From: Eledone cirrhosa
Lineage: Eukaryota
Assembly: GCA_964016885.1 (NCBI GenBank)
Contig: OZ024741.1
Coordinates: 399,776,001 to 399,840,000 of the forward strand
Direction of reading: 5' to 3'
DNA: 64,000 nucleotides
The translations under genes and the position numbers were made by a program. Of this stretch, positions 1 to 64,000 are shown in pieces. The notes under the pieces were generated by a model that saw only the letters and a program-made list of their open reading frames with translations, searched no databases and was not told the origin of the DNA. How positions within the stretch are numbered: the stretch's first letter is position 1; every line of letters begins with the position of its first letter.

Positions 1-339
1 ACCCAACGAAATAATCTGGAAAAGAAAAAAATCCCCCAAAGAAAACTTTGTGGGTGGAAAACTCCAGGCATCCCCCCCACTCTCCCCCATCCCTTCCCAG
101 AAAAAAAAGTCATTTGCGATGCTTTTGGAGGTCAGATTAGTTGAAAGTACATACAAAAAAATGAGGAAAAATATTTTCTAACAGAACTGGAGATGCTTTT
201 GGAGGTCAGGAGAATGGCTGTCCAGGGACTTAGGACACTTGAAGTCTTGACAGTAACCAGCATGAAAAAGATGGTGTTTGGAAGTCTCCTCTGCACTGGG
301 AGTGGCAGTGCCTGTAGTTAAAGCCGAATCAACAAGGTT

Positions 340-682
340 CATCATCATCATCAATTTTACATCCACCTTTCCATGCTTGTATGGGTTGAACAGGTCCTTC
401 TCAGCACAGCATCTCTCCACTTGCTGCGTTCCATCATCAACTCCTCTGCCAGTCTTAGCAATTTGAGGTCCACCCTCGCAACCTCTACTCAGGTCCTCTA
501 CTGCGGCTTTCTTCCACTGGGATTTCCTGACATTTCTTCAACTATCAGTCATTGTCTATACACATCACATGTCCTTACCAATGCAGTCTTCTCTCCTGCA
601 CACCATCTTGGATTCCCCTTAAGCCCAGCTTCTCTTTCACCTCATCCAAGCTCTGCCTTTCTCCAACATTTACATTACACAT
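340..682 (-). mobile_element. Degenerate RTE LINE 3' fragment
   Basis: (CAT)n tail plus a decayed RRL.WYGHV-type segment similar to the long RTE copies. Confidence 0.65.
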
Positions 683-684
683 GC

Positions 685-1108
685 TGTAGTGGAGTCTGTG
701 CTGCTGTACGAGTCTGAGACTTGGACACTGACCAAGAAACTCACTCAGATGGTGGATGGGTGCTACACGAGAATGCTGAGGATGGCTCTGAACATTAATC
801 AGTATATACTGAGGATAAAGAACTCAGAGCTGTACGGGAGCCTCCCAAAAGTCAGTTCGAAAGTGACACAGAGGAGACTGAAGTTAGCTGGACATGTTCA
901 CCGACATCCAGAGTTGACACTGCAGTCAGTGCTCCTGTGGGAGCCCTTGCATGGACACACTGGAAGAGGAAGACCGAGGTTAACATATGTTGATGTCCTA
1001 AGGACAGACACTGGTCTCTTGGAGACACAGGACATGGCAGCGATAATGAGGGACAGAGACCGCTGGAGAGAACTCATCCATGGATCTCAGGAATTTTACC
1101 CGCCCTAG
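685..1108 (+). mobile_element. 5'-truncated RTE-type LINE, ORF C-terminus (different family)
   Basis: SVLLYESETWTLTK...RMLRMAL...RRLKLAGHVHR...GRGRPRLTY...DRDRWR motifs. Confidence 0.8.
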
Positions 1109-1178
1109 ATAGATATGTAAACAAAAGAGCAATATTTTATATTTACTGATATTAAAACTGAAAATAGTCTGAACTCAC

Positions 1179-61049
<59,871 letters not shown>

Positions 61050-64000
61050 CTGAAAAAATAAAACATCTAATGTAATATGTTCTTTGCTCTTGCTGGGGAC
61101 TGAGGTCATCTTAGGTCAGTGATCCCACAGGCAACATTGTGCAAAGGGAATATATATATATGTAAATATATATTTACCTATAAAATTTCCATAATAATTT
61201 TATGTAAGAACCTTTAAGTTATATTTCAAACACCAATTTAATAATGGTTTCTTACACAGGCACAAGGCCAGCAATTTTGGAGGAGGGAGAAGTCTATTTA
61301 ATCGACCCCAGTGCGGGACTGGTACTTTATTTTATCGACCCCGTAAGGATGAAAGGCAAAGTTAACCTCAGCGGGAGTTGAACTCAGATCTTAAAGGGCC
61401 GTAACTCTATACTGCAAAGCATGGCGTCCGACCCTCTACCGATACTGCCAATCCACCGCACTAAACACCAATTTAATAATGAGAAAGTTAGTTATATTAC
61501 TAAAATTTTCCAAATTCTTCATTATTTTCAAAATTATTTGAAAATCATAGACAGTGTTTTTTTTCAGAATATGTTAATAAGAAAACAATTACTACTATAA
61601 GAAAACAATTACTACTATTTTAATACCCTCTCACTAGCAACATATAAAGTTAGAGACTGTAATATGTAGGAAAGTATTAAACATTTTAATACTTATGTTG
61701 CTTGAAAATATTGTTAAAATTGACATTTATCAAAACTTATGACAAACTTTTGTGATGTTAAAATGATTTACTGAATATACTCATATATGGTCACAGTGGA
61801 AGATAAGTCACACGCCATGCTTTTATTATATTTTGGCTTTGTTAATTAATATTTCAAGCCCCGATCAAGAGTCAGTAGATAAGTCACACCATTATAAAGT
61901 AAAGACCCCATTTGGTCACATATGTCCATGGTATTTGGCCATAGACAGTTCCATCTCTGAAGTACAAGCCTGGGTAAAGTGTTTTTGTGGAAGAGCACCA
62001 GTCACTCGTGCATACCAGTCTTCCTTCTCCATGTCAATAATGTCATCGATGGGTTTTACATATACATGCACCTTTGATGAGTTGTAGTGCACCTGAGCAC
62101 TGTACACAATAATTTCATTATTATTATTATTATATGATGTTGTGAAAGGCAAAGGCCGATACATCTTCATACCAGTGACGTCACAACACACTATATATAT
62201 ACACTCTATACTCTATATATGATGTCCAAATGAAAGGTAATGACCAATACAGATTGGCACCAGTGACATCACAACTCATTTCTACAGCTAAGTGAATTGG
62301 AGCAATGTAAAATAAAGTATTTTGTTGAAGGACACAACACATCACTTGGTCTAGGAATCAAACTCACAATCTCATGATAGTAAGCCTGATGCTCTAACCA
62401 CTAATCCATGCAAGGTCTTAAATATTAAGTGCTTTATGTAAACCAATATGAAACTAAACATGATCAAGTGAATTGTGTATTGAACTGTATATCAGAATTT
62501 ATATAATTCCTATTCTGACCCTGGTTCTGTAGTGTAGTTAGAGACTTAAGACATTAACTCCAGAATTGAGAGAACCCATGTACAAAACAGCACTAAGACT
62601 TTATCACATTATAATGAAAGGCTTTTGAGTTCAAATCCCGCCGAGGTTAACTTTGTCTTTCATCCTTACGGGGTCATCAAAATAAAGTACCAGTAATGTA
62701 CTGGGTAATTGCTGGCCTTGTGCCAAAAGTTGAAACAATTATAATGAAAGGCTTTATTTTATTCACTGAAAATGTTCATAACGATTTATTCACTAGTAAA
62801 GATAGTATAGGCATTACATGATGTTAAGAGTTTATACTGTCAATTTTCATAATTATCTATCCACTAGTAAAGATACTATAAACATTTGAATTAGCAAATT
62901 TGTTAGATATATTTTGCTAAATCGTTACAGGATGTTAAGAGTTGAAGGTATGGGACTGAGCCCAGTAGACGTCCCACCTCCTTTTCCCCCTGCGTATGGG
63001 ATGCCATCCAGTGCAGCCTGGCCTTGGAATGGCTCTTCCAGAGCATCTCTCTTACCATCCTGTCCACCGGGGCTGTGGGGAGGCCAGCACGTGGGACCCC
63101 ATTTGTTCACCATACGGATTAATAGGCAAAGTGTTATGAGTTAAGGAGTTAAATTTGTATTGAATGTGGAATCAATTCAAACTCAGTTATGTGCCTTGAC
63201 TATGTACCTTCTTCAGTTTTTTTCAATTTATGTTACACATTCTGAGTTACACATTATGTCAGATCAGGCTTCTGCCTGCTACTGGTACCATGTAATGCAG
63301 TACAACCTGCTTCATGGTCAAGTGGTCAGTGACTAAACTGGCTCCCCCACCAGACCATAGTCTGGTCAGGTCAGGCTTCTGTAGTACAACCTGCTTCATG
63401 ATCGAGTGAATAATAATAATAATAATGAAATTATTGTGTACAGTGCTCAGGTGCACTACAACTCATCAACGGTGCATCTAGTTTCTTCTCAAGTGTTTGT
63501 CAAGTACCATATATCTGATCCATACAACAACACTGACTCATCAGTCATTTGAAAATATTTTCATTTCAGATTTTGACACTGATAACTCTCTTGGTAAAAC
63601 AGATTTAGACAAAACACTGGAATGTTTAACTCCAAAGGAATTAACAGAGAAAGAAAGAGAAATGTAAATAAAGTAAAATAAATGTTTAATGATCAATGAG
63701 TGTTTTAACCCTTTTGTTACCATATTTCTAATAAAATAACTTGCCTAAGATCTTCAAATAATTTTGAAAACAATAAACATTTGAAAACATTTAGTAATAC
63801 AACTTTCTCAATATCTAAAGTCGGTCCCCAGCCCTAGTGTACACTACACAAAAATGTAATAGTAATGTAGTAATGTAATTTAATGTCAGGATCTTATATG
63901 AAATTATGTTGAAAGATTTTAATTTAAATTGGAAACGTTAAAAATGAATGATTTTGGCTGGGTTAGTAACTAAAGGTTTCTTCTTTTTCTTCTTTAACCA

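Noticed and set aside
62930-62947. Plus-strand microexon-like TTACAG|...|GTATGG
   Set aside because: Isolated, with no partner exons or plus-strand gene evidence.
63541-63723. Further upstream exon of the minus-strand gene
   Set aside because: No convincing donor/acceptor pair or domain-like content; the next exon probably lies beyond the window.

Overview
AT-rich animal genomic DNA, not prokaryotic. The (TA)n/(CAT)n microsatellites, abundant RTE LINEs and tRNA-derived SINEs suggest a cephalopod, probably Octopus (inference from repeat content). The window lies inside one large minus-strand gene. I traced 20 GT-AG exons by hand (61049 to 1179; 2170 nt, ~723 aa) whose phases join into one open frame. 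It encodes an internal part of a Cys-rich, Thr-rich mucin/hemocytin/SCO-spondin-like protein (F5/8C-like end, TIL, VWC, LDLa, PTS linkers). Two exons are 6-nt microexons, and skipping one of them creates a TAA at the junction. The introns hold three long RTE copies with a PHD-type C4HC3 finger inside the RT domain, CR1/Jockey, R4/Dong and CRE remnants, a DD37D (maT) transposon, piggyBac- and Tc1-type MITEs, a Helitron-like element, several SINE families and many minisatellites. They also hold about ten minimal type-I hammerhead ribozyme motifs in small Penelope-like elements beside (TA)n tracts, several arranged as long inverted repeats. Exon coordinates were counted by hand; repeat boundaries are approximate.
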